Shown here: positions 26,627-35,089 of the stretch, piece after piece
Numbering within the stretch: position 1 is the first letter of the stretch
Layout of the letters: every line of letters starts with the position of its first letter
Origin: Sulfuritalea sp.
GTDB taxonomy: Bacteria; Pseudomonadota; Gammaproteobacteria; Burkholderiales; Rhodocyclaceae
Direction of reading: 5' to 3'
DNA: 54,624 nucleotides
Assembly (NCBI GenBank): GCA_022843505.1
Contig: JALHNN010000001.1
Location: 1-54,624, forward strand
Made by a program: the position numbers and the translations under genes
The notes under the pieces: generated by a model
Database searches by the model: none
What the model saw: only the letters and a program-made list of their open reading frames with translations
What the model was told of the DNA's origin: nothing

Positions 26627-26818
26627 ATGACCTTTGCTGAGAAGCTAAAGCCGTGGACGGCGAATAAGCTGATGGAAGTGATCGGCGTTCCGCGCCGAAC
26701 GGCTTATGCGTGGAAATCTGGCGAGAAGATCGCACCCGGTTGGGTGCAGGCGCTCGTCCTCTTCCGACTGAAATACGTGAAACCCGACAATGCTGAACCT
26801 CGACGCGCTGAAGGTTGA
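26627..26818 (+). CDS. Small Cro-like HTH protein overlapping the transposase start
   Basis: 'ANKLMEVIGVPRRTAYAWKSG...P..WVQ'. Confidence 0.7.
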   Translation: MTFAEKLKPWTANKLMEVIGVPRRTAYAWKSGEKIAPGWVQALVLFRLKYVKPDNAEPRRAEG

Positions 26819-28091
26819 TTCCCGCGCTGAGGTTGGAGCTACGGATTACGTCTTCACCGTCCGGGTGGATGACGCTCCCGATCCGTGCTGTCCTCAGCCA
26901 CTCGTCCGCAACGGCAACAAGCCCGTCGCCTACCGCGACCTGCCGATGCACGGCCGGCATGTGACGATCCGTGTTGAACGGCAGCGATACCTTTGCCGAT
27001 CGTGCGGCAAAACTCGCTACGTCGCCGTTCCGCACATGAACGAGACGAACATGATGACCCAACGGCTCGTCGAATACATCATCACGCGATCCATGGAAAC
27101 GCAGTTCACTGCGCTCTCCCGCGAGTTGGGCGTGGATGAAGGCACCGTGCGTCGCATCTTCCGTCGCTTCGCCAAGGTCCAATTGGAGCGGCTGAACATC
27201 GAGACGCCTGAAGTCATGGGCATCGACGAAATCCACATGCTGAGCCGCTACCGTGGCGTGATTACCAACGTGAAAGAACGGACGCTCGTCGATCTGTTGG
27301 AGACGCGTAACAAGCCCGCCATCATCAAATATCTCTCCGAGCTGAAGAATAAGGAGCGCGTTCAGGTCGTGGCGATGGACATGTGGAATCCATACCGCGA
27401 TGCCGTCCGGGAGATACTGCCCAAGGCTCGCATCGTCGTGGACAAGTTCCACGTCGTGCGAATGGCCAACGAGGGAATGGAACGTATCCGCAAGGAGCTT
27501 CGCCTGACCTTGCCTACCAAGACCCGGCTTCAGCTCAAAGACGATCGCTGGATACTGCTCCGCAATAAGGAGGACTTGCCCGCCTTCAAACGGATGATCG
27601 CGGAGACGTGGTTCGACCGCTTCCCCGACCTCAAGTCCGGCTACGACGCCAAAGAGGCGTTCCGCGCCATCTGGACCGCCGCCACTGCCGACGAGGCGCG
27701 AGACCGCTATGACAAGTGGCTGGATGGTCTCGACGAGACCTGTCAGGCCGCGTTCGCCGACCTCATCACGGCTATGTGCAACTGGCGGGAGGAAATCTTC
27801 GCCTACTTCGATCTGCGGGTCACGAACGCATACACCGAAGCAATCAACGGCATCGCTCGAATAGTAAACCGCGCCGGTCGCGGCTACTCTTTCGAGGTGC
27901 TCCGCGCCAAGATGCTGCTCAATTACGCCAACCACCGCATGGTGTGGGGCGGCGGTATGGCCATCCGCCGGAAGCTCGGCATAACGCTCCCATTGGCGCT
28001 TGGCGTGCCGTATTGGAAGCTCCAACACCCCGAGAAGATGAAGCTCCATCAACCTCGGATACTGGACGAGAATTGGCTGTCCGATTTTTAG
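26790..28091 (+). CDS. ISL3-family DDE transposase
   Basis: zf 'RYLCRSCGKT', HTH, 'MGIDE', 'VAMDMWNPY', 'VVDKFHV', 'TNAYTEAING...RGYSFEVLRAK'. Confidence 0.95.
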   Translation: MLNLDALKVDSRAEVGATDYVFTVRVDDAPDPCCPQPLVRNGNKPVAYRDLPMHGRHVTIRVERQRYLCRSCGKTRYVAVPHMNETNMMTQRLVEYIITRSMETQFTALSRELGVDEGTVRRIFRRFAKVQLERLNIETPEVMGIDEIHMLSRYRGVITNVKERTLVDLLETRNKPAIIKYLSELKNKERVQVVAMDMWNPYRDAVREILPKARIVVDKFHVVRMANEGMERIRKELRLTLPTKTRLQLKDDRWILLRNKEDLPAFKRMIAETWFDRFPDLKSGYDAKEAFRAIWTAATADEARDRYDKWLDGLDETCQAAFADLITAMCNWREEIFAYFDLRVTNAYTEAINGIARIVNRAGRGYSFEVLRAKMLLNYANHRMVWGGGMAIRRKLGITLPLALGVPYWKLQHPEKMKLHQPRILDENWLSDF

Positions 28092-28118
28092 CATATCAAC
28101 CCAATTTTCCGATTAGCC

Positions 28119-28234
28119 GTCCTGAAGCGCCCGGCTCAACGACGCGCAGCCGACCGGATGCGGTGGTTTCTCAGCCGCCGGCGCATTACGGGCGACATCG
28201 TGTAGGCGGGAACGTTCTGTGCGTCGTCGCTCAT
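28119..28234 (-). pseudogene. 5' part of IS-interrupted gene
   Basis: ATG 28234 one base after the upstream stop; in-frame TGA at 28136-28138. Confidence 0.65.
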
Positions 28235-28235
28235 C

Positions 28236-28532
28236 TTAATCGTTGGCGGGTTTCTGCATCACCCACGCCGCCAGCATTTCGTATTTCCGGCCATCGCCAT
28301 CCCAGGCAAATCCGATGGCCGGCTCGCCGCGAGCCAACGCCGCCTGGAATGCCTCGGCGAGTTCGGCCTCCGCATCGAACCACCGGACATACATCCCGGC
28401 ACGGAGGGACAGCAGGCAGTAGGGGCGCGTCACCTGCTCGGGAATGGGAACGTTTCGTTGCAGGGTCGTGCGGCCGGAGATGGTGAAACCCGGGCCGTGA
28501 TCCGGGAAAGAGGCGTCAAGCGCATGGGGCAT
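28236..28532 (-). CDS. Hypothetical, first gene of leftward replication operon
   Basis: MPHALDASFPD... Confidence 0.6.
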   Translation of the reverse strand: MPHALDASFPDHGPGFTISGRTTLQRNVPIPEQVTRPYCLLSLRAGMYVRWFDAEAELAEAFQAALARGEPAIGFAWDGDGRKYEMLAAWVMQKPAND

Positions 28533-28640
28533 AAAAAAATCCTTTCCGCCGCCACCCGCTTGGAACAAAACATCAGCTCGCGGTAGAAAGATACGTGATG
28601 CCGGTGGCGACTTGTTGAGTTGTGCCGAGGCAATTTTCGG

Positions 28641-28690
28641 CGTCAACCCCGAAATGAAGATTGACAGGACTTAATTTTTCGCAACAGTTC
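28641..28690. promoter_or_regulatory. Divergent promoter pair
   Basis: TTGACG on minus (28641-28646) and TTGACA on plus (28661-28666), between divergent operons; -10 boxes non-canonical. Confidence 0.45.
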
Positions 28691-28858
28691 GCGTCGGCCC
28701 GATGATAGCCGACGATCCGCTATATAACCGGAGACGCCGCGTGACAGTAGGGCCACTCTCTCCCCAGCCGCAGACGCAACGCGCCCGGCCAGAACACGAG
28801 GACAACCAACAGACCGCCCGGAACCCCTCGTGGTCGCGGGGAATGATTTTCAACCACC

Positions 28859-29077
28859 ATGACCAAACCCGACAAACAATACCTCCCGATCCACGGGGAA
28901 AAAATCCGCGAGGCCCGCATTTGCGCCGGTCTGACGGTGCGGCAGCTGGCCGCGGGACTCGGCAAGGGGACGAAGGCCGTTTACCTGTGGGAGAACGGGG
29001 AAAGCTACCCGCGCCTCCCCGACTACTTTCGCCTGTGCAGGCTGCTTGGCTGCGGGCGCGCACCCTTTGGGCCATGA
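28859..29077 (+). CDS. XRE-family HTH regulator
   Basis: 'GEKIREARICAGLTVRQLAAGLG...VYLWENGESYP'. Confidence 0.85.
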   Translation: MTKPDKQYLPIHGEKIREARICAGLTVRQLAAGLGKGTKAVYLWENGESYPRLPDYFRLCRLLGCGRAPFGP

Positions 29078-29403
29078 CGAATACTGACACTTCGCGGTCC
29101 TCACAATCTGCGCCGGAGCGTGGCGCGTCCGATGGCCCGAGTTGCGCTGGGGCGGCGGGTTCGGCAATTCAGCCCGGCTCGACCGTCGCCTTCAAAGGCG
29201 AAGACGTGCAAGGCACCGTATCGCGGGTGAGAAACGGTCAAGCCTTCGTGAACTGGATAGGCTTCCGATATTCGCCGGCCTATGATGGGTGGCACCACGT
29301 CTCAAAACTCAGACTCTTGCCGAACGTCGCCAGTGAGCCACGGGCGAAGCCCGTTGGCTCTGATGGCTGGTTGGACTCCGAACCCTCGACCCACGAACAA
29401 TGA
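29074..29403 (+). CDS. Anchor cassette ORF (SH3/KOW-like 'IQPGSTVAF...GTV')
   Basis: ATGA-coupled to the HTH; half-site GTTGCGCTG gggcggcgg GTTCGGC at ~29141-29165. Confidence 0.7.
   Translation: MTNTDTSRSSQSAPERGASDGPSCAGAAGSAIQPGSTVAFKGEDVQGTVSRVRNGQAFVNWIGFRYSPAYDGWHHVSKLRLLPNVASEPRAKPVGSDGWLDSEPSTHEQ
29319..29376 (-). repeat. attC site (58 bp)
   Basis: plus: GCCGAAC gtcgccag TGAGCCACGGGC gaa GCCCGTTGGCTC tgatggctg GTTGGAC. Confidence 0.95.
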
Positions 29404-30290
29404 AAAACTCCAGCATCGAATGGACGACGCACACTTTCAATCCGTGGATCGGATGCTCGAAAGTCTCACCAGGCTGCGCACACTGCTACGCCGAAACGCT
29501 CAACAAGCGCATGGCCTGGACGCAGTGGGGTGACGCTGGCGAACGCTTCCGCACCTCTCCGCACAACTGGAATGAGCCGCGCCGCTGGCACCGCGAGGCA
29601 ACCAAGTCCGGCCAGCGCGCCCGCGTCTTTTGCGCGAGCCTCGCTGACTGGCTCGACCCGCGCGCCCCCGTGGCTTGGCTCGCCGAACTGCTCTCACTCG
29701 TGAAGGAGACGCCAAACCTCGACTGGCTATTTCTCACGAAAAGGCCGCAACTCTGGCGCGACCGAATGGCTGCTGTCGTCGGAATGCACATGAGCGATGG
29801 GCCGGCCGCGGTCGATCAATGCTCTGGTGCTGCGCTCGCGGCGGCATGGCTGAACGGTGCAGCGCCGCTGAACGTGTGGATTGGGACAAGTGTCGAGGAT
29901 CAGGATCGTGCCGACGAACGCATTCCTCATCTGCTCGATATTCCGGCGCGGATTCGATTTCTGAGCTGTGAGCCGCTGCTTGGTCCGCTCGACCTCAGCG
30001 ACTACACCGATCCAATCGACGGCGGTTATGTGGGTCGGTCATTCATCGACTGGATTATCGTTGGCGGCGAGAGCGGTCCCAAGGCGCGCCCGATGGAAGC
30101 GGATTGGGTGAGGTCGCTGCGCGAAGAGTGCGAAGTGAATGGCGCGGCTTTCTTCTTCAAGCAGTGGGGCGGAGTGCGAAAGAAGGAAGCCGGACGGATT
30201 CTCGACGGCGAGACATTCGATCAACTGCCAACCGTCGCCGAGGAGTCCAACAACCCGGTCAGCGGCGCGGCGAAGCCGCGTTCGCTGTAG
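29400..30290 (+). CDS. Phage Gp37/Gp68 (DUF5131) family protein, carried as a cassette
   Basis: 'SIEWT..TFNPWIGCSKVSPGCAHCYAE', 'LTKRP', 'FLSCEPLLG', 'VGGESG', 'FFFKQWGG'. Confidence 0.93.
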   Translation: MKNSSIEWTTHTFNPWIGCSKVSPGCAHCYAETLNKRMAWTQWGDAGERFRTSPHNWNEPRRWHREATKSGQRARVFCASLADWLDPRAPVAWLAELLSLVKETPNLDWLFLTKRPQLWRDRMAAVVGMHMSDGPAAVDQCSGAALAAAWLNGAAPLNVWIGTSVEDQDRADERIPHLLDIPARIRFLSCEPLLGPLDLSDYTDPIDGGYVGRSFIDWIIVGGESGPKARPMEADWVRSLREECEVNGAAFFFKQWGGVRKKEAGRILDGETFDQLPTVAEESNNPVSGAAKPRSL

Positions 30291-30304
30291 TGGATTGGTT
30301 CAGC
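30245..30304 (-). repeat. attC site (60 bp)
   Basis: plus: GTCCAAC aacccgg TCAGCGGCGCGGC gaa GCCGCGTTCGCTG tagtggattg GTTCAGC. Confidence 0.95.
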
Positions 30305-30312
30305 TCTTTCTA

Positions 30313-30588
30313 ATGAACACGCGAAACATAATCTTGAGTGGAATCGGCTATCGCATGACAGAAATAGACGGCCAACTCATCTTTGAGGAGGTCGGAGGAA
30401 TCTATGGGGTAACAAACCGCTTCACCCTCGAATGGCTAGGCACCGGATGGTATCTCGTGGATTTCGAGCACAGCTTCGGACACGTCCGGCTCTCGCACAT
30501 CAGCGCAGCGGAAAAGTGGGTCCGCGAGAACTACACCACCGAATACAAAGACGGCACAGGAACGGTGAAGCTGAACAGGCCGAGCTGA
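30313..30588 (+). CDS. Cassette ORF, hypothetical
   Basis: MNTRNIILSG...KLNRPS*. Confidence 0.75.
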   Translation: MNTRNIILSGIGYRMTEIDGQLIFEEVGGIYGVTNRFTLEWLGTGWYLVDFEHSFGHVRLSHISAAEKWVRENYTTEYKDGTGTVKLNRPS

Positions 30589-30642
30589 GGAGCGGAGATG
30601 CAATTTATGAATAGCAAGCAAAACGAGAATCCGTCGCCTCTG
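30570..30642 (-). repeat. Collapsed attC plus emptied cassette
   Basis: GCTGAAC aggccgagc TGAGGAGCGGA ... TCCGTCGCCTC runs directly into the next site; leaves mini-ORF 30607-30654 MNSKQNENPSPLANK. Confidence 0.6.
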
Positions 30643-30753
30643 GCGAACAAATAGTTCAGCCGCGAGGCCGCGAATTTCACCTATGAAAAGCACACGGAAA
30701 AGACTTACGAAAAAGGACAGCCCGGCCTCGTTGGCTGGAACGGCGGGTTCGCC
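30642..30753 (-). repeat. attC site
   Basis: plus: GGCGAAC aaatagt TCAGCCGCGAGGCCG ... CGGCCTCGTTGGCTG gaacggcgg GTTCGCC; ATG 30683 in loop. Confidence 0.9.
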
Positions 30754-31117
30754 TCTTTTGCTTTCAGCGCACGCCGTCCAGAATCCCGATGTGGGGCATG
30801 GCTGGCAACTCGACCTGAAATGCGGCGCTCCGCAACTGGTGATCTACCATGTGTGGACTATCGGGACATACAAAAACGGGCACCCGATGTTCGATCTTCG
30901 GGCTGTGACTACCGACAGTCTCAAGGCAAAAGAATATTCGAAGATGCTCCGCCGCGACAAGGAGGCGAATAGAGAAACGTGGTATCGCGTCCACATCGAG
31001 CCGCGTGTGGCAAACCACCTCTACGGTGAGTGTATGCGCGAATTTCGAGAAGCCACCGGACGCTTGGCGAACAACCCAGTCAGACACGAAGGGGCGCAGC
31101 CCCGGAGTTGTCTGTAG
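30683..31117 (+). CDS. Cassette ORF, hypothetical
   Basis: 'ASLAGTAGS' start-arm peptide; 'ANNPVRH' end-arm peptide. Confidence 0.75.
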   Translation: MKSTRKRLTKKDSPASLAGTAGSPLLLSAHAVQNPDVGHGWQLDLKCGAPQLVIYHVWTIGTYKNGHPMFDLRAVTTDSLKAKEYSKMLRRDKEANRETWYRVHIEPRVANHLYGECMREFREATGRLANNPVRHEGAQPRSCL

Positions 31118-31131
31118 TGGACTGGTTCGCA
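31066..31131 (-). repeat. attC site
   Basis: plus: GGCGAAC aacccag TCAGACAC gaaggggcgcagccccgga GTTGTCTG tagtggactg GTTCGCA. Confidence 0.88.
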
Positions 31132-31135
31132 CTTT

Positions 31136-31438
31136 ATGGACATCGGAACTAAAATCATCGACGAGATCGTGAAGCAGGGAATGTTCTGCGTGAACTATCC
31201 TGACCCAGAAGCCGCGCACGTCTTTGTGTGGTCATCGGGGGCGGCGGAACAACTCCACGCCATCGTTTGCGAATCCGGCGAGGTGCAAATCCCGCGCCGA
31301 GAGGCCGCGCTCTACGGCCAAGCCCTGCAACTCTTGGGCGCACCCGACAACGGCAATCCTGCCGAGCTGCTGGAATGGGCCGAGAAAACAGGGAAGCGCC
31401 TTTGTGCGAACGTTACGGCTCAGCCACGCGACCTATGA
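31136..31438 (+). CDS. Cassette ORF, hypothetical
   Basis: MDIGTKII...ANVTAQPRDL*. Confidence 0.75.
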   Translation: MDIGTKIIDEIVKQGMFCVNYPDPEAAHVFVWSSGAAEQLHAIVCESGEVQIPRREAALYGQALQLLGAPDNGNPAELLEWAEKTGKRLCANVTAQPRDL

Positions 31439-31492
31439 GCAACATACCTGAAGACACGTTCCCTCGCGTTGAGCTGGGGCCGGTGGTTGGGG
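31405..31492 (-). repeat. attC site
   Basis: plus: TGCGAAC gttacggc TCAGCCACGCG ... CGCGTTGAGCTG gggccggtg GTTGGGG; ATGA overlap in loop. Confidence 0.88.
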
Positions 31493-31692
31493 GCCGCTCG
31501 AAGCCGCTGAGCGACACCCAACTGCTGGACTGGATTGAGAACAATCCCGGACGGGTTCTGCACGCCAAAGGCTACCATGGGTCTCGCGATTCGTGGGGAT
31601 GGACAGAGCGCGGCGACTGGCGTGAAGCGAAATCCCTGCGCCATGCAGTGCTGGCAGCTATCGCGTCCTATGAAAAACAGACAGGCCCCTAA
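31435..31692 (+). CDS. Cassette ORF ('DTQLLDWIE...SLRHAVLAAI' family)
   Basis: Paralog of 7698-7991; stop TAA inside CCCTAAC box. Confidence 0.75.
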   Translation: MSNIPEDTFPRVELGPVVGGRSKPLSDTQLLDWIENNPGRVLHAKGYHGSRDSWGWTERGDWREAKSLRHAVLAAIASYEKQTGP

Positions 31693-31876
31693 CAATGGAG
31701 ATGTGCCGACGAGCGGCACGAACGGAGAATAATTTATGCCCGTCGAAATCACAAAAATAGAAACCGACAAAGACGACCAACTGGTCATCCATGTGCGAGG
31801 CACCGGAGGCTTGAGCGCAGAAGCAACACCCGGATCAGTCGCCACGCCGCTCGTTGGCACTGGCTCGTGGTTGGGC
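31687..31876 (-). repeat. attC site (190 bp, long coding loop)
   Basis: plus: CCCTAAC aatggagat GTGCCGACGAGCGGC ... GCCGCTCGTTGGCAC tggctcgtg GTTGGGC; GGAG RBS and ATG 31736 in loop. Confidence 0.88.
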
Positions 31877-32062
31877 TCCGGTGCCGAATCGGCGAAGTCT
31901 TTGATCGAGCACTGGGAGACGCGCGCCGACTACCGACGCGGGCGCGGCTGGGATGACTCCGCGATGGCCTTCCAATACTGCGCAAACCAGCTCCGGGCGG
32001 CAATCGGCCTGCCCGAACGTCGCCAGCCGGAGCCCAACAGAACCGATGAGCCACACGGATAA
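31736..32062 (+). CDS. Cassette ORF, hypothetical
   Basis: 'LVGTGSWLG' arm peptide; ends 'PNRTDEPHG'. Confidence 0.75.
   Translation: MPVEITKIETDKDDQLVIHVRGTGGLSAEATPGSVATPLVGTGSWLGSGAESAKSLIEHWETRADYRRGRGWDDSAMAFQYCANQLRAAIGLPERRQPEPNRTDEPHG
32032..32054 (-). repeat. attC half-site, array 2 right boundary
   Basis: plus: GCCCAAC agaaccga TGAGCCAC; partner arm not found. Confidence 0.65.
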
Positions 32063-32183
32063 ATCAGCAGCGCACCAGTCCGAACGCCCGCCCGTTTCTC
32101 GATCCACGAAACGCTATTTGGCAAGTCCGTCTCCCCAACCCTCGCCGGCCGCAAGATAACGACCCTCCTGCTTAATTACCGAC

Positions 32184-32432
32184 ATGTCCCAACCTTACAC
32201 GCCGCCACCGTCAAAGCTGACTGTCGCTGACCTTCCGCTTGGGTGGCTTCCGGCGCTCCAAGAGATTGTTGTGCGCCATGGCACCAAGCTTCGCCCGTCT
32301 CCCGTGCGCCCAAGCATCGAGGCGTGGTCAGTCGGTCGCGCTTGCTGGTGCGAAATCATGCTGCCGGGTGGCGGCTACCTGTTTGAGAACGACGCCGAGC
32401 GGGACTTGGCAATGAGGGCGCTGGATGTTTGA
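32184..32432 (+). CDS. Hypothetical protein
   Basis: 82 aa ORF overlapping helicase start. Confidence 0.6.
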   Translation: MSQPYTPPPSKLTVADLPLGWLPALQEIVVRHGTKLRPSPVRPSIEAWSVGRACWCEIMLPGGGYLFENDAERDLAMRALDV

Positions 32433-34269
32433 CGATGTAATATCCGTGGATATTTGCGACGCGCCGGCCGATGGGCGCCTGAACATCACTCTGCGCGGGC
32501 ATCAGCCGGCATGGGTCGAGAAGGTCGAACGCGACCTGGAGACCCATTCCCGCCTGCTTTTCGTGGCCCCCGGAGGTATCGGGAAGTCAACCGTCTTCGC
32601 CGCTCTCGCTGCCAGGCAGCACGCACGCGGAGGACGCACGCTCGTTCTCGCCAATCGAGACCGGCTTGTCCGGCAAACGGCCGGACGCATCGCCAGCGAA
32701 ACCGGGGTCCATGTCGAGATGGAGATGGGAAAGGAGCGGGCCGGTCTCTACGCACCCATCGTGGTGGCCTCGGTTCAGACCCTCGGGAGGGTGGACCGCC
32801 TGCTGGGGTTTCCGCCGGACCACTTCGACTTGGTGGTGGCGGACGAGTGCCACCTGTCGCTTGCCCCCCAGTCCATGCGCGTGCTGAATTACTTTCATTA
32901 CGGAGCGGACAGCCTGACCGATGGATGGAGTCGCCCCAAGGACGGGGATTACATTTCCTTGTCCCCCGTCGTCGGATTCACCGCAACGCCCAACATCGGG
33001 AAGACCCGTAACCTGGGGGAATTCTTCCATCACCGGACGGTCAATTATTCCTACCTCCATGCCGTCGAGGACGGGTGGCTCGTTTCGCCGACCGAAATCA
33101 ACATCCCGGTCAAGGTGGATGTGAGGAGCCAGCGGACCGCCAAGACCCCGCATGGACTGGACTTCAATCCAAAGGGGCTTGGGAAGGCGCTCATTCCCAT
33201 CATCGACCGGCTGGCTGAACAGATCGTGGAGCACGCCAGCGACCGCAAGACGATGGCGTTCGTGCCATCTGTCGAGTGCGCCAGGCTCCTGAGCGATGCG
33301 CTCGTTCGGCTCGGAATGTGGAGCGTGTTCGTCAGCGGTGAATGCCTGGACCGTAACGAGAAAACGGAGGCGTTCGTCGAGCGCGGAGCCGGCTCCGTCT
33401 TGGTGAACTGCGCGTTGTATAATTACGGGATAGATTTTCCTGACGTAGATTGCATTGCGTGGTTCCGGCCGACTATCAGCACCGCTTTTTACATTCAGGG
33501 CATCTATCGGGCCTCCCGTGTCCTCCCGGGGGTAATAGACGGACTGGAGACTGCCGAGGAGCGCATCGCAGCCATTGCCGCCAGCGCCAAACCCAACTTC
33601 CTGATTCTCTCCCCGTTCTTCGTGTCCGACCGCATTGACCTGTGCAACCCTTACGACCTGTTCACCGATCAGCCCGAGGTAAAGAAGGCCATGGCCGAGT
33701 CAGGGGAACTGAGCGTTGAATCCGCCAAGCGGGCCGAACGTGACTTTCTGAAGGCCATGGAGAAGGAGGCGGCCAAGCACGCCGCCCGGGAGGCGAGAGC
33801 CATTGACCCCTTGGCGTGGTCCGTCTTCGTCGGTGAGACAAAGGTGTTGAACTACGCCCCGTCCACGCCATCCGAGGCCAAGCCCCCATCGCCCGAGGAA
33901 ATTGAGTTTATCCGCAACGCCGGGATGAACCCCCAAGTCATCACCTGTTCAGGTCAGGCCCAACAGATCATCAAGGTGATGCTAGCCAGGCAGGAGATGA
34001 AGCTGGCCTACCCGAAGCAGATCAAGGAACTGCGGAGGATCACCGCGCAGGAGCGATGCGCCTACCTGCTGCGCGTGGTTGCCCCGGAAATCGCCGAAGC
34101 CTCGCGTCACTTGCCGCTGCTGGAACGACTTAATTACCTGACGGCGAACGCACCGCAGGAGCAACTGGACTTTCTGCCCCGGATCGGGTTCAGCGATTCC
34201 AAGCTTATGACAATGGGCCGGGGGCAGGCCGGGATAATTATCAGCCGGGCGAGCCAGCGGCACTACTAG
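32425..34269 (+). CDS. Superfamily 2 (DEAD/DEAH) helicase
   Basis: 'LRGHQ', 'APGGIGKS', 'VADECH', 'GFTATP', 'YGIDFPDVDC...YIQGIYRASR'. Confidence 0.92.
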   Translation: MFDDVISVDICDAPADGRLNITLRGHQPAWVEKVERDLETHSRLLFVAPGGIGKSTVFAALAARQHARGGRTLVLANRDRLVRQTAGRIASETGVHVEMEMGKERAGLYAPIVVASVQTLGRVDRLLGFPPDHFDLVVADECHLSLAPQSMRVLNYFHYGADSLTDGWSRPKDGDYISLSPVVGFTATPNIGKTRNLGEFFHHRTVNYSYLHAVEDGWLVSPTEINIPVKVDVRSQRTAKTPHGLDFNPKGLGKALIPIIDRLAEQIVEHASDRKTMAFVPSVECARLLSDALVRLGMWSVFVSGECLDRNEKTEAFVERGAGSVLVNCALYNYGIDFPDVDCIAWFRPTISTAFYIQGIYRASRVLPGVIDGLETAEERIAAIAASAKPNFLILSPFFVSDRIDLCNPYDLFTDQPEVKKAMAESGELSVESAKRAERDFLKAMEKEAAKHAAREARAIDPLAWSVFVGETKVLNYAPSTPSEAKPPSPEEIEFIRNAGMNPQVITCSGQAQQIIKVMLARQEMKLAYPKQIKELRRITAQERCAYLLRVVAPEIAEASRHLPLLERLNYLTANAPQEQLDFLPRIGFSDSKLMTMGRGQAGIIISRASQRHY

Positions 34270-34805
34270 CGGTTATCCTTAAGCAGCCGGTCCCGCATCA
34301 GCGCCTTCACGTTCTCGTCAATCCGCGCCTGAGTGAGCCGCATTTCATCGAGGATCTTGGCCATTTCCCGGATGGCAGAATCGTTGGCGTCCTGCCTTTT
34401 ATCAATTGAAGCCACCCGCACCTGCGTAGAGCGGGAAAGCTCCGAACCCTCACGATCCATGCGTGCCAGCCGGGCCTCGTGGATTTCCACGGCCCGGGTG
34501 ATCGTCACGAGGCTCCTTTCCAATCCGGCATATTGTCCTGATACTGCCGCCACCTGGATAGAGATAGGCGCCACCGCCTTGGCCGTTTCGCTGCCGACAA
34601 ACGCAGCTCCACCGTAAAGGATGGCCGACATGCCGCCCACCGTCAGGAACATCAGGATCATGGAAAGAATCCTGAACAGCATGGTCCAGTCCCGGCCTTG
34701 CGAACCCATCGGCGCGTCGCTTTGCGCGTTGGCGGACTGGGCAATTACGGCACCCATGCCCTGCGCGCCAATCGGGGCATCCCTGTCTGTGTTCTTGGGT
34801 GGCAT
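34266..34805 (-). CDS. Membrane-anchored coiled-coil protein (lysis-module like)
   Basis: One TM segment followed by coiled coil. Confidence 0.55.
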   Translation of the reverse strand: MPPKNTDRDAPIGAQGMGAVIAQSANAQSDAPMGSQGRDWTMLFRILSMILMFLTVGGMSAILYGGAAFVGSETAKAVAPISIQVAAVSGQYAGLERSLVTITRAVEIHEARLARMDREGSELSRSTQVRVASIDKRQDANDSAIREMAKILDEMRLTQARIDENVKALMRDRLLKDNR

Positions 34806-34828
34806 GGCAGGCTTATCGGATTACGCGA

Positions 34829-35089
34829 CTACTTGGCTTTGAGGTCAATAGTAGCCTTTGTGACCCAGTAGCCGTTGTATTGGCCGTGCAGCTCACCGCT
34901 GACCCATTTGCCGTCCCTCTTTTCCCCGCTCCCCTTGAGCGAAGCCGAGGTGAACTTGGCCGCATATCCCACCTCGATGTATTCCCAGTTCCCATTTGGA
35001 ATCTGGGCGTCGAGCTTCTGGATCGGATTGGTGGCGCATCCGGAAAGGAAGGCACAGGACAGGGCGACGATGACAGGTTTGTGTTTCAT
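34829..35089 (-). CDS. Small lipoprotein (spanin-like position)
   Basis: Lipobox 'FLSGC'. Confidence 0.7.
   Translation of the reverse strand: MKHKPVIVALSCAFLSGCATNPIQKLDAQIPNGNWEYIEVGYAAKFTSASLKGSGEKRDGKWVSGELHGQYNGYWVTKATIDLKAK

Larger units (their letters stand above)
25635..28118 (+). mobile_element. ISL3-family element with passenger genes (2484 bp)
   Basis: 8-bp TSD GTCCTGAA (25627-25634 and 28119-28126); IRL GGTATTTCGGAACATTGGGTTGAT vs IRR(rc) GGCTAATCGGAAAATTGGGTTGAT, 19/24 identical. Confidence 0.9.
29074..32062. mobile_element. Integron-like cassette array 2 (ORFs on plus, attC polarity on minus, no integrase)
   Basis: Six complete attC-like sites, one collapsed site and two half-sites flanking short ORFs. 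Confidence 0.9.

Noticed and set aside
26701-26721. GGCTTATGCGTGGAAATCTGG as the IS left end
   Set aside because: Poor match to IRR and no TSD. Position 25635 gives 19/24 identity plus a perfect 8-bp TSD.
26544-28094. 516-aa minus-strand ORF
   Set aside because: Antisense shadow of the ISL3 transposase, with no motifs.
28136-28138. In-frame TGA as stop-codon reassignment
   Set aside because: TGA is a normal stop throughout (many ATGA overlaps) and long genes are intact under code 11. A nonsense change in an IS-disrupted gene explains it better.
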